Virus record (IMG/VR): IMGVR_UViG_3300047557_002467
Span: 31,097 to 95,096 of that record
Length of the DNA: 64,000 nucleotides
Reading direction: 5' to 3' (one strand)
Origin: a virus
The position numbers and the translations under genes are program-made. Positions 41,829 through 51,112 of this stretch are shown here, in pieces. Numbering within the stretch: the stretch's first letter is position 1; each line of letters opens with the position of its first letter. The notes beneath the pieces were generated by a model. The model saw nothing but the letters and a program-made list of their open reading frames with translations. It had not been told where the DNA came from and did not search any database.

Positions 41829-43769
41829 TCACAATAAATCCGGCTTAATTTGGTTTTCATTAAGCAAGTCACTCTCTTTGTAGAGGTTTACTCTTCTACT
41901 CCATGCTTCGAGTGCTGTTTTATTCTTTAGATAAGCAGCTTTTGTTATTGCATTTTCCTTCAAACTCAACGGATTACCACCTTTATACTTTACTTTTAAG
42001 TTATCTTCTGCTGTGGTTGGTTTAGATTTTAGATCATAAACACCCATCCTATCACGTCCTAACGGATCGTCAGATGTGTTAATAAGAGATACTTTGTCTT
42101 GTGGTCTACCAGGAAGTTTAACAGGTTCAGAAGGATTGATTTCATCGTATCCTTGAGGTACTTCATTACCTGCTAGATTAGTGTTACCATACCCACCGTA
42201 CATTGAAGCAATTTGGTGTGGTGTACCGTATGCCTGACCGCTTTCTGCTGGATCGTTACCTTCTTCTTCAATCTGTTTCATACGGAACATTCTCTTCTTA
42301 TCCTCAACAACCAAGTCACGATACTCGTCAAATTCCTCTTCAGAGAAGTGGAACAATTTATCGTAAATCCAGTCAGTAGGCAAGAAGCTTGTTTCCATCA
42401 TCTGTGCTGCTAGATCCATCTTCTCTTTCATCAATGCTACCCTCTCCTGCTCGTAAATGATAGATGGAGTTGTGAGCATTAGATCGAAATTGGTTAATGA
42501 CTCATCGTCATAGCCATGGGCATAAAGGTGAACAAGAGCAATCTTAGTAAGTTCAGATAGTACAATACGTTGTATTCTCTCGATAGTACGAGCAAATCGA
42601 ATGTCCTCAGCAGCAAGTGTTGCCTTACCTGTAAGATCTTTTTCATACCCTAAAAATGCTTTTGGAATTTTAAGTGCCGCAAACAATTTGTTAAGTAAGT
42701 AGTTAACGTCTTCAATACCGTTATACTCCAGTGGTGGTGCATTATCAATCCTTGTTGACTGATCATTTCCTCTTACAGGAATGAAAAAGTCTTCAAGCAT
42801 ATTCTGCACATTATAATTAAGATTATACTGTCCTGTTTTACCGTCAACAAGAGGAGTTTTCTTCATCTTGCTGATCATTCTTTGCATGTAGTTTTCTACT
42901 TCATTTGGAGGAATGGCACCTACATTCACATAGAAAATTCTACGTTGAGGAGCACGTGTTATACGATGAATTAACATCGCATCTTCCATCAACACATACT
43001 GCTTATACAACCTTCTACCTGGCTCTAAATAAGAACGTCCGTAGGGTAGGTAGTTCATATCACCAATCAATCTTAGGTGAGCCATTTCGTAATTGTAGAA
43101 AGTAATACCTAAGTCTGTGTTTTGGTATGAAGTAGAGTAACCTGCTGTTGCACCAAGTGCAGCTGTTGGATCGTACTTGAATATAACCTCAGATGGATTA
43201 CTTGGATTAGTACCTTCAAGCCTAACAATGTTGTATGCTGAGAAAGGAATCACATTGTAAACACCAAACTTCTCTGCTATTTCTAGCTTCAAGAAGAAAT
43301 CTCCGTACTTACACATATTCCTAATCCAGAACCATAGGTTAAATTCTATGTTTAGGATATCATAGAAAAGACTGTAAAGGATTTTTTGGATGTTTTCATC
43401 AGCAGATCTAATCTGTAACACTTCACCTTGAGTGTTTTTCAGTGTGCATTCGTCTGCAATAATATCCAAAGCAGAAGCAACAATCGGATCTGTGTCCATT
43501 GCTTCGTAGTCTGCGTAGATTTGTACGCGCATACTTTGGTAGTTCTGCGCTAAATTTAGGTTTACACCATAAGAAGTTGACGTGGTGTATATACGATTAA
43601 ACCTATCTACAAGTGCATTCGTCTGCAGAACACCATTAACCTGTATGTTCTCAACGTCTACGGTCTTTAATTCTCCTCCGTCATTACGAATAATAACATC
43701 GGTAGAAAATAACCTTTTTAACGCTGAAAATAGGTTATTACGGGGTTGTTGAATTTGTTCTTCTGCCAT
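41829..43769 (-). CDS. portal protein, T4 gp20-like
   Basis: SYLEP.RR..KQ..LMEDAMLIHRITRAP.RRIFYVNVG.IP, MLEDFFIPVRG, YL..KLFAALKIP, EDIRFAR.I.RIQ. Confidence 0.95.
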   Translation of the reverse strand: MAEEQIQQPRNNLFSALKRLFSTDVIIRNDGGELKTVDVENIQVNGVLQTNALVDRFNRIYTTSTSYGVNLNLAQNYQSMRVQIYADYEAMDTDPIVASALDIIADECTLKNTQGEVLQIRSADENIQKILYSLFYDILNIEFNLWFWIRNMCKYGDFFLKLEIAEKFGVYNVIPFSAYNIVRLEGTNPSNPSEVIFKYDPTAALGATAGYSTSYQNTDLGITFYNYEMAHLRLIGDMNYLPYGRSYLEPGRRLYKQYVLMEDAMLIHRITRAPQRRIFYVNVGAIPPNEVENYMQRMISKMKKTPLVDGKTGQYNLNYNVQNMLEDFFIPVRGNDQSTRIDNAPPLEYNGIEDVNYLLNKLFAALKIPKAFLGYEKDLTGKATLAAEDIRFARTIERIQRIVLSELTKIALVHLYAHGYDDESLTNFDLMLTTPSIIYEQERVALMKEKMDLAAQMMETSFLPTDWIYDKLFHFSEEEFDEYRDLVVEDKKRMFRMKQIEEEGNDPAESGQAYGTPHQIASMYGGYGNTNLAGNEVPQGYDEINPSEPVKLPGRPQDKVSLINTSDDPLGRDRMGVYDLKSKPTTAEDNLKVKYKGGNPLSLKENAITKAAYLKNKTALEAWSRRVNLYKESDLLNENQIKPDLL

Positions 43770-43787
43770 ATATGTAATAAATATCTT

Positions 43788-45377
43788 TTATCCAAGAAGC
43801 CAGCTAATATCATCTACTTGATTGTTACCAGTTGATATTTGCCATGGATTGTTGGTGCCAGTTTGGCGTCCGTTATAAATTTCGTAACTCTGATTTGAAT
43901 TACTAAAGTTCTTGAGACTTGCATACGTTAGATCCATAGCTGTTTGCCTGAATCTAATTGCTGTATCTCTCAAAAAGAGTGCTATATTGAAAGACATTAC
44001 AAGGTCGTCATTATATCCGTGTAAAGCTTGTGCTTTTCCGTTCTTCCAAATGAACACTCTATACTCGTCTAAGAGTCTTTGTGAACGTATAATAACAGTT
44101 TTCTCTTCGATAAATGATCTTGCTTTTTCAATTACAAGAGGTCTTGTTCTCTGGTTCATACTAAAGCCAGCAACCATTCCGTCACCCTTATCAAATCTCT
44201 CAACATAAAGATCAATTTGAGTACCTACAATCTCGGATTTTGGAGAGTAATACAAGTTGTGATAGCCACTCTCTTGTATAGATGTTACTACATCCCATCC
44301 AATACTTGCATTTTCAATTACAAGCAAAGCATTGTTCCATTCAATTGCAGTTGCTAAAAGTTTACGACCAAAATCTTTAGTTGAAATTTGATCTTTAAAC
44401 TCTGCTACTTGCATTAAGTTGTCTACATCTATGACATGGAAAGTAGAAAAGTCCATACCATCACCTCTAGCTACGTCTGCTACAACCATATAAGTTTTAA
44501 GAGGATCTGGATATTCAAACAACCAATACACACCACCCATATCTCTTCTTTCTAAAGGTTCTCTTACAGTTTCAACTTGGTAGTAATTTAGTACATCAGG
44601 TTCAATAACAGTGTTACCTGAAGTTGAAAAGTCACAATCACACTCCTGTGCAGCTGCTCTAGGACCTAACTGAGCTGTCTGTTCATCTCTCCACTCTTGT
44701 GTTCTCTCAGGATGTACTGTCCAAGGTAATGCTATTGGAGTAAATTTATTCTCTCCAATTTGAGCTCTTGAGAATTCTCTGTGAAACCAGTTACCTACAC
44801 CGTTTGGAGTAGAGATAGCAATACATCTACCACCAGTAGCAAGTGTTTGTTGTGCTGCTGTGAAGATCTCTTCTATTCTTTCAATGAAAGCTGCCTCATC
44901 TATTACTAGCAAAGATACTGCTTCAGAACGTGCTGAGTCAGTTGCTGCTGATACTGCTTTGATTTGAGAACCATTTTTTAGTCTTAGACTCAATCTGTTG
45001 TGTTCCATTACAGGCAACTTCATCCAGTTAGGTAGATTGTCGTATGCAAACCTAACCTTAGTTACCATGTTCTTAGCTGTTGCTTGTGTGGTAGCAAGTA
45101 CAAGGATGTTTTTATCTCTTTCAAAGAGCATCATCCACAATGAAAATGCAGAAGTCAACGTTGATAAACCAAGCTGTCTTGACTTGTTAATTATAGAATA
45201 ATCGTGCTTTTGAAGTAGTTTGAGTATCTTCTCTTGAAACGGATACAAATTAAACATCATTCTACCTTTTGTAGGATGTTGTATCGTATAATACTTCTTC
45301 ATAAAGTAAACAGGATCCTGCTTACATTTAATTAATTCTTGCTTTATTGCATCACTTATTGCTGCTTGTGTAGCCAT
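43788..45377 (-). CDS. terminase large subunit, T4 gp17-like
   Basis: LYPFQ, KSRQLGLST, VIDEAAF, STPNG, ADVARG.G.D, G.NDDLVM. Confidence 0.95.
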   Translation of the reverse strand: MATQAAISDAIKQELIKCKQDPVYFMKKYYTIQHPTKGRMMFNLYPFQEKILKLLQKHDYSIINKSRQLGLSTLTSAFSLWMMLFERDKNILVLATTQATAKNMVTKVRFAYDNLPNWMKLPVMEHNRLSLRLKNGSQIKAVSAATDSARSEAVSLLVIDEAAFIERIEEIFTAAQQTLATGGRCIAISTPNGVGNWFHREFSRAQIGENKFTPIALPWTVHPERTQEWRDEQTAQLGPRAAAQECDCDFSTSGNTVIEPDVLNYYQVETVREPLERRDMGGVYWLFEYPDPLKTYMVVADVARGDGMDFSTFHVIDVDNLMQVAEFKDQISTKDFGRKLLATAIEWNNALLVIENASIGWDVVTSIQESGYHNLYYSPKSEIVGTQIDLYVERFDKGDGMVAGFSMNQRTRPLVIEKARSFIEEKTVIIRSQRLLDEYRVFIWKNGKAQALHGYNDDLVMSFNIALFLRDTAIRFRQTAMDLTYASLKNFSNSNQSYEIYNGRQTGTNNPWQISTGNNQVDDISWLLG

Positions 45378-45820
45378 TAGATTTCTTCGTTACCTTCTTC
45401 ATCTCCAAGTGAAACTTGAGGATAAAACTTCTTTTCTAAACTCTTAATCTTCTTAATTATATTACCGTAATTAACGTCGTGATAAACCTTCTCTTTGTAA
45501 TCTTCTATTGATATAAGGTTTTGTTTATATTGTTGAATGAGGGTTTTTAAGTAAGCTTTCAATTTATCTAGTTCCCTTTCTTCTTCACCGCTAATATCTT
45601 CACCTCTATCAACTGGTTCCTCAGGTTGTACTGGTTGTTGCTCAAAGTCTTCGCTGTCATCTGGATCGGGTTTATTCCAACTATCTTCAGTATCATCTAT
45701 ATCAGCATCTTCAAAATCGTCGTTTGCAAGCTGTGGTTCGAGTATGTCATCCTCCTCTCTCATGTAAGATTGAAGAGTAAGTTTGTTCTCCATTAGATAC
45801 TTTTGAATATTGAATTCCAT
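45377..45820 (-). CDS. acidic hypothetical protein
   Basis: 147 aa, very D/E-rich, N-terminus FNIQKYLMENKLT. Confidence 0.65.
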   Translation of the reverse strand: MEFNIQKYLMENKLTLQSYMREEDDILEPQLANDDFEDADIDDTEDSWNKPDPDDSEDFEQQPVQPEEPVDRGEDISGEEERELDKLKAYLKTLIQQYKQNLISIEDYKEKVYHDVNYGNIIKKIKSLEKKFYPQVSLGDEEGNEEI

Positions 45821-45850
45821 ACTACTTGTTTAGTAATAAATAGTTTCTAT

Positions 45851-46099
45851 TTACATATCGAATTGGAAAGCGTCAGCTATAGGCATTGCTTTGTGTTGAT
45901 TTACAAGCTCTTGCCACCTGTCTTTCTTGTACTTGATTCCGTAAATGTAGTATTCAGATGCTGTTTCTTCGCTTTCAGGATAGATTAAAGCAGGACCTGT
46001 GAGTGAGTGTATTTTTCCGTTGCCTGGTCCGTATAAAACGTATGAAATAGTTTTACCACAAGTAGTTCTCATGGTCTTGGTTTCAAAGGAAGTTCTCAT
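45851..46099 (-). CDS. small protein with a single G-K-x-H-x-x-x-G-P-A motif
   Basis: GKIHSLTGPALIYP...EYYIYG resembles the LHR.DGPA repeat unit common in viral proteins. Confidence 0.65.
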   Translation of the reverse strand: MRTSFETKTMRTTCGKTISYVLYGPGNGKIHSLTGPALIYPESEETASEYYIYGIKYKKDRWQELVNQHKAMPIADAFQFDM

Positions 46100-46114
46100 C
46101 GTATTGGTTTTGTA

Positions 46115-46145
46115 AGAAGTTACAAAACTTTAATCACATTTCCAA
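46115..46145 (-). promoter_or_regulatory. Bacteroidota-type promoter-like site overlapped by 9-bp inverted repeat
   Basis: TTG-N20-TAACTTCT; GTTTTGTAA-gaag-TTACAAAAC at 46107-46128. Confidence 0.55.
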
Positions 46146-46146
46146 C

Positions 46147-46899
46147 TTAATCTTCGTCGTCAACTAAAAGTTCTTTGATACGATTTATCATTTCCTCATT
46201 ATCGTAGTCTACATCCAATAACTCACCAGCAATTAATTCGACTAAAAAATCTGTGTTTTCTGTAGGTAAACCTATTTCTTGTTGTATTGTAATTAGAAGA
46301 TTGTATAAATCTGTAAGAGGTCTTTCGTCTTCCTCATCTCTTCTCCTCTTTTTAAAAATTCTAATAAGTTGACTCTTGTACTTATCTACTACATAATCAA
46401 TATTCTTTTTTCTCTCTGGACCGAGTGGATTGAAGGATAGATCGAGATCTTCAGTTAATTTAATTGCTCTTTCTATACTCTTTATTCTATTGTTTTTTAA
46501 CTTTTTTAAAGCTTCTACAAACCTTATAAAGTAGTCTATGAAGTCATCAGCTGTATTATATTTTTCAGGCTCTGCTTCGAATTTAGATAATATAGCATCC
46601 CATATTTGATCAAACTTTTGTAAGTCTTCTTCCTCTTCGTAGAAACCATCAATCCATTCCCCAAAATCACCTACCCATCCTAATAGACTCCCTTCATGTC
46701 TATATAATTCTTCTTCACCATCAGCTTGCACTTTAGAAATATGACCTGCAGCATCTGCAATAAAATTAATAAGAGGAGCTATATCTAAAGTATCTCCTCC
46801 TGATAAAGGATTGCTAGAGAAATCTAAATCATCTTCTTTCAAAAGACCTGCTATCTTTTGTAGTTGTCGTACTTCGTTGATGTTTGCTTTCTTTTTCAT
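46147..46899 (-). CDS. QKIAG-leader family protein, two acidic cargo modules
   Basis: Start adjusted to MKKKANINEVRQLQKIAGLLKEDDLDFSSNPL; internal IKLTEDLDLSFNPL. Confidence 0.8.
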   Translation of the reverse strand: MKKKANINEVRQLQKIAGLLKEDDLDFSSNPLSGGDTLDIAPLINFIADAAGHISKVQADGEEELYRHEGSLLGWVGDFGEWIDGFYEEEEDLQKFDQIWDAILSKFEAEPEKYNTADDFIDYFIRFVEALKKLKNNRIKSIERAIKLTEDLDLSFNPLGPERKKNIDYVVDKYKSQLIRIFKKRRRDEEDERPLTDLYNLLITIQQEIGLPTENTDFLVELIAGELLDVDYDNEEMINRIKELLVDDED

Positions 46900-46903
46900 A
46901 TTG

Positions 46904-47407
46904 CTAGTCTTCTTCGTCTTCATCATCTGATCCTTGTTCGTAATACTCTGCTTTACCTTCCATAAACAAGTCGTAAATATCGTCGCTCAATCCAGGTACC
47001 AATTCGTCTAGTTGATTTTTGGATTCTAGATAGGTTCTTTCTTCGCCGTCTTCTACATAGCCTGCTCCAAGAATGTGTACGTCAGCAACATCTCCGTCGA
47101 ATTCCCCATCGTAAAAATAATCGTCGTAGGTTCTCCAACCTGATTCCAAAACATCCACATAAGTGTTTACTGCTCTCATTAATCTAGGACTACCACCTTT
47201 ATCTAATACTTGAGATTTAACTAAAGCATCTAACTTTGCTAAATATTCATCGCTTAAAAAAATATCAGTATTTGCAAAAGGATACTTAGTTAAATGCTTG
47301 TCAGATTTAGTGCGTAGTGGATTGTCACTAAAATCAAGATTATCCTCCTTGAGAAGACCTGCTATTTTCTGTAGTTGTTTAATCTCGTTTATAAATTTTT
47401 TTTTCAT
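46904..47407 (-). CDS. QKIAG-leader family protein (acidic cargo)
   Basis: MKKKFINEIKQLQKIAGLLKEDNLDFSDNPL. Confidence 0.8.
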   Translation of the reverse strand: MKKKFINEIKQLQKIAGLLKEDNLDFSDNPLRTKSDKHLTKYPFANTDIFLSDEYLAKLDALVKSQVLDKGGSPRLMRAVNTYVDVLESGWRTYDDYFYDGEFDGDVADVHILGAGYVEDGEERTYLESKNQLDELVPGLSDDIYDLFMEGKAEYYEQGSDDEDEED

Positions 47408-47850
47408 CGTTGTAAACCCTCAGCTAATTTATCAAAAAAATTAACATAATCTCTTGCTGATTTAAAGCTCTCGTCGTTTTTGTTTATCTTTTCCATTATT
47501 ATATCGTACCAAATATATTCGAATTCATCCATCTCTTCTTCTGTTTCAAAGTAGTCACCACTATCTTCTCCAAAATCAGAAATATGTCCAGACAATATAC
47601 CTGGGGTATCATAAGGTTCGTCTAAGTTTTTTTCTGTTGATGCTATATAACCTGATACAATCTCACATACTTCTGCCAAACTATTTTTAATTTTCTGATC
47701 CCTGTTTTGTATTTCACTTACAACTTCCTTAACTAGTTTTTCTATATTTCCTAATTTTAATGGATTGTCACCTAAATCAAATTCATCTTCCCTTAAAAGA
47801 CCTGCGATCTTCTGTAGTTTTTGAACTTCGTATAGATAGTTTTTGTTCAT
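47404..47850 (-). CDS. QKIAG-leader family protein (acidic cargo, paralog of 48300-48995)
   Basis: Start adjusted to MNKNYLYEVQKLQKIAGLLREDEFDLGDNPL. Confidence 0.8.
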   Translation of the reverse strand: MNKNYLYEVQKLQKIAGLLREDEFDLGDNPLKLGNIEKLVKEVVSEIQNRDQKIKNSLAEVCEIVSGYIASTEKNLDEPYDTPGILSGHISDFGEDSGDYFETEEEMDEFEYIWYDIIMEKINKNDESFKSARDYVNFFDKLAEGLQR

Positions 47851-47860
47851 AATTACTAAC

Positions 47861-48283
47861 TCAATACCCATCAATACTCTCTACATATTCTTCAGGAAAC
47901 CAACCTTCGTGTCCACCTTTTCTATTTCGTATTCCATACCAAATACCATTTTTATGTTTAGATACATAGTCATTTACCCAATCTTCAAATAAATCATATC
48001 CGTAATCTTCAGCAGCTTCTTCATTGTTAAACAATTGATCCCAATCACTAAGATCACCACCCCTTTTAACTGCTTCATCATAGTTTTTAGCTACTTGATC
48101 AACATATCCAAACATAGGTGGTTCACCTTCAAATCTAAAAGCTACTTCATCCCCTTTTTTAAATTTCCCTTTTGAGTAGTTTGGAATTAGAGGATTCATG
48201 TTAGTATCTAAGTCATCTTCTTTCAAAAGACCGGCAATTTTCTGAAGCTGTTTCACTTCTTTAAGTAGAGATTTTTTTTTCAT
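47861..48283 (-). CDS. QKIAG-leader family protein (SH3-like cargo)
   Basis: MKKKSLLKEVKQLQKIAGLLKEDD; FKKGDEV...WYG....GGHEGWFPEEYV. Confidence 0.8.
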   Translation of the reverse strand: MKKKSLLKEVKQLQKIAGLLKEDDLDTNMNPLIPNYSKGKFKKGDEVAFRFEGEPPMFGYVDQVAKNYDEAVKRGGDLSDWDQLFNNEEAAEDYGYDLFEDWVNDYVSKHKNGIWYGIRNRKGGHEGWFPEEYVESIDGY

Positions 48284-48299
48284 TTTTTATCTTTAAAAT

Positions 48300-48995
48300 T
48301 TAATATCCTTCGTACTTATCTAAATCACTTAATTCTACAAAAGCATCTGGGTCTGAGCTGTCTTCTAAATCAAGAAAGAAATCTTCAACGTCAGTTGTTC
48401 CTGCATTTTTCATCTCTTCTTTATAAATGTTTACGAGTTTTTTTATTTCTTCTGGTGTTGGGTCAGAATCTTCGTAATAATATTTTACTTTTTCTTCGAT
48501 TTCTTTTTCAATTTTATTAAAAGGGTCGTCTTTCGATTGAATATCATCATCTGATTTTCTTATTGTTTTAGCTAAAGTGTCAAAATAATTAATATAATCT
48601 CTTGTAGTTTTAAATAGTTTTTTATTGTTTACAACACTTGTTAGTATTAGACCAAACCAATTGTTATTAAATTCGTAATTTTCTTCATCAGAAAAAGAAT
48701 CATCGTAGTCACTACTAAAATCCTCTATGTAATCTGTTAAAAAACCTGGTGTATTTAAAGGTTCGTCTAAATTTTTAAAAATTCTACTTAAATAGGTTGA
48801 AACCTTTCCGAGAAATTTAATTAGTTTAATCCTAAATTGATCATCTTCAATTTGTAAATTGTTAGCAGTTGTACTTACTAATTTATCAAAATTCACAGCT
48901 TGAAATGGATTATCATCCAAATCTAAATCTTCTTTTAGAAGACCAGCAATCTTCTGTAATTGTCTTACTTCGTTAATTAAGGATTTCTTTTTCAT
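48300..48995 (-). CDS. QKIAG-leader family protein (acidic cargo)
   Basis: MKKKSLINEVRQLQKIAGLLKEDLDLDDNPF. Confidence 0.8.
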   Translation of the reverse strand: MKKKSLINEVRQLQKIAGLLKEDLDLDDNPFQAVNFDKLVSTTANNLQIEDDQFRIKLIKFLGKVSTYLSRIFKNLDEPLNTPGFLTDYIEDFSSDYDDSFSDEENYEFNNNWFGLILTSVVNNKKLFKTTRDYINYFDTLAKTIRKSDDDIQSKDDPFNKIEKEIEEKVKYYYEDSDPTPEEIKKLVNIYKEEMKNAGTTDVEDFFLDLEDSSDPDAFVELSDLDKYEGY

Positions 48996-48997
48996 AA

Positions 48998-49489
48998 TTA
49001 TGATTCTGTTTCTTCTGCTGCTGCTACTTCTGGTGACGTTTCTTCAGGTGCTTCCTCTGGCTCTCCTGCTGATGATGTTTGCTCTTCTCCTTCAGGTCCT
49101 TTTGTTTGAATTGGATTACCCATTGCTAGAAGCCTTGCAATAGCGTTAATACATCTTTCTCTTTCGCCAATTGTTTGAAGATAGAACTTCTTACCAGCTA
49201 CAGTAGCTTCATAAGCCTTACCCATAAACGTCAAAAGGAAGTCTTGATCGTTATGCAACACGCATTTGAAAGTTGTTGGCTTTGGTGCTACAATATAGAT
49301 ACCTGTAAGATAATCTTTATACGCATCAGACATTAGCATTGAAAGTGTCTTATCTAGTGTTGGATACTTACCTAATATGAATGCTATAGGATTATCTTCA
49401 AAAGATTGAACTTTTGCTTCCATCTTCTCAACTTCATTGAGAATTAGTCTTCTTACTATGTCTTTTTTTGTCATATTAATTGTATTCAT
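48998..49489 (-). CDS. hypothetical protein with acidic tail
   Basis: 163-aa ORF, N-terminal IVRRLILNE; true start may be the second Met. Confidence 0.65.
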   Translation of the reverse strand: MNTINMTKKDIVRRLILNEVEKMEAKVQSFEDNPIAFILGKYPTLDKTLSMLMSDAYKDYLTGIYIVAPKPTTFKCVLHNDQDFLLTFMGKAYEATVAGKKFYLQTIGERERCINAIARLLAMGNPIQTKGPEGEEQTSSAGEPEEAPEETSPEVAAAEETES

Positions 49490-49865
49490 TTGGTTGAAGT
49501 TGGTCTTCCGGGAACCAGCCTCTGATTTGTCCTTGATTATTCTTTACTTGGTACCAAACACCTTGTTTTAATTCTTGAAATCTTCTAGGATCCATTGAAA
49601 AACCATAGTCCCAATAAAACCAATCACCGTTAGGATCTTTTCTTTTTGCTTCATCGTAGTTTTTTGCTACATCCTCTATAACATAAAATTCAGCTTCCTC
49701 ATTTCCTTGATAACTAAAAGTATGTACTACCTCATCTCCAATTGTAAATTCGCCATATCTTGATTTTGTACTAAGAGGATTGGTTGACAAATCAAAATCA
49801 TCCTCCCTCAAAAGACCCGCTATCTTTTGTAGTTGTTTAACTTCGTTTATGTATCTTTTTTTCAC
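49476..49865 (-). CDS. QKIAG-leader family protein (SH3-like cargo)
   Basis: GTG start; KKRYINEVKQLQKIAGLLREDDFDLSTNPL; WYQVKN...RGWFPED. Confidence 0.8.
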   Translation of the reverse strand: MKKRYINEVKQLQKIAGLLREDDFDLSTNPLSTKSRYGEFTIGDEVVHTFSYQGNEEAEFYVIEDVAKNYDEAKRKDPNGDWFYWDYGFSMDPRRFQELKQGVWYQVKNNQGQIRGWFPEDQLQPNEYN

Positions 49866-49877
49866 TATTATTCAATC

Positions 49878-50282
49878 TTACTTATACCATACAATAAATG
49901 GTCCGTATTGCTTAAGATACATATCAAAGAATTTTTTACCTCTTCTATATTCTTGTGGTGGAAGAAAACTCCATTTTATTTTTATGTTGTTTTCTTTGTT
50001 CACTTCTCCAATTTCACTATCCATAAGTTCATCGTAAGAATTAAAAACTTTTTTAGTATAACCATTAGACGGATCATCTAATTTTGCAATAATTTCATCT
50101 ACATTGTCCCAATATGGTCTATCCTTTTGATCATGTATCCTGTCTTCTTCTGTAAATTTTCCCCAGAAATCGCTTAAATTAATACTTTCTGAGTCAGCTT
50201 CAGGTTTAAACTCATATTCATTCAAAAGACCAGCGATTTTCTGTAGTTGTCTTACTTCGTTGATTAGTTTTTTGTTTTTCAT
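49878..50282 (-). CDS. QKIAG-leader family protein
   Basis: MKNKKLINEVRQLQKIAGLLNE; lacks the DLSDNP extension. Confidence 0.8.
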   Translation of the reverse strand: MKNKKLINEVRQLQKIAGLLNEYEFKPEADSESINLSDFWGKFTEEDRIHDQKDRPYWDNVDEIIAKLDDPSNGYTKKVFNSYDELMDSEIGEVNKENNIKIKWSFLPPQEYRRGKKFFDMYLKQYGPFIVWYK

Positions 50283-50288
50283 ATTTTT

Positions 50289-50888
50289 TTAAGCTAATAA
50301 TGAATAATACTCTTTAAAATGTTTTAGTCTATCTGCAAGTCCGATAGTACCACCGTTTACTCTTTTTGTAACTTCTGTTACTACTGCATCAGTTGCACCT
50401 TTATCTGCAATCTTATGTAGACCGTTCTTGTGAAAGAACCAAGCAGCTGACATAAGTGGGTACTTTGTTGCTACAAGATCAGGATTTTCTAAAATGTTTT
50501 CTGTAACAACAGCGTCAAACGCTTTGTAGTTATCTTTACCTGTAAGTTGAATGTAACCACGACCGCGGAATTTAAAACCTTCACCGCTTGTTTCAGGACC
50601 GTTACCCATTCTACTTCCGTATACTAAGTTAGCAATTTTTTCAGGCTTTCTTTCGTATAGCTTAGCTTTTTCTTCTGTAGGAAAATATTTTTTGAAAATA
50701 CTCAATAATCCCTTTGCACCATAATTCAAGTTCTCGTTCACAGCCTTAAATCCACCTGACTCATGTCCTGCTTGAGCAAGAAAATGTGCAAGACGAAGTG
50801 GAGTATTGATTTCAAACTTAGTCTGTATGTCAGGGATCTGAGCAATTACTGAATCCGGAATGTGTCCTTTTAATTTTTGTAGGTTCAT
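50289..50888 (-). CDS. GH19 chitinase-like endolysin/muramidase
   Basis: AHFLAQ..HES, ENLNY, FRGRGYIQLTGKDNY, SAAWFF, T.RVNGG..GL.DR. Confidence 0.92.
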   Translation of the reverse strand: MNLQKLKGHIPDSVIAQIPDIQTKFEINTPLRLAHFLAQAGHESGGFKAVNENLNYGAKGLLSIFKKYFPTEEKAKLYERKPEKIANLVYGSRMGNGPETSGEGFKFRGRGYIQLTGKDNYKAFDAVVTENILENPDLVATKYPLMSAAWFFHKNGLHKIADKGATDAVVTEVTKRVNGGTIGLADRLKHFKEYYSLLA

Positions 50889-50890
50889 AT

Positions 50891-51112
50891 CTATTTAAAA
50901 TTTGGGTGTACTGGAATCACTTTTTCTAAATTCTGTTTCTCTTGTTCAGAGAACTCGTAACCCATTGTATTTTTAACACTTCTTGTTGCAAAATCTACTG
51001 CTTCTTTAGGATCATAACCTCTCTTAGATAAACTATATGCAATTTCAAGAGCATCTTTCATTGCTCTTCTTTTGTTTTGCACTTCTTGTAATATGTTGTT
51101 TAGTTTAATCAT
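50891..51112 (-). CDS. small protein with MIKL-type leader
   Basis: MIKLNNILQE start. Confidence 0.65.
   Translation of the reverse strand: MIKLNNILQEVQNKRRAMKDALEIAYSLSKRGYDPKEAVDFATRSVKNTMGYEFSEQEKQNLEKVIPVHPNFK

Noticed and set aside
45377-45820. Terminase small subunit by position
   Set aside because: Extremely acidic with no recognisable gp16-like motif; position alone is insufficient.
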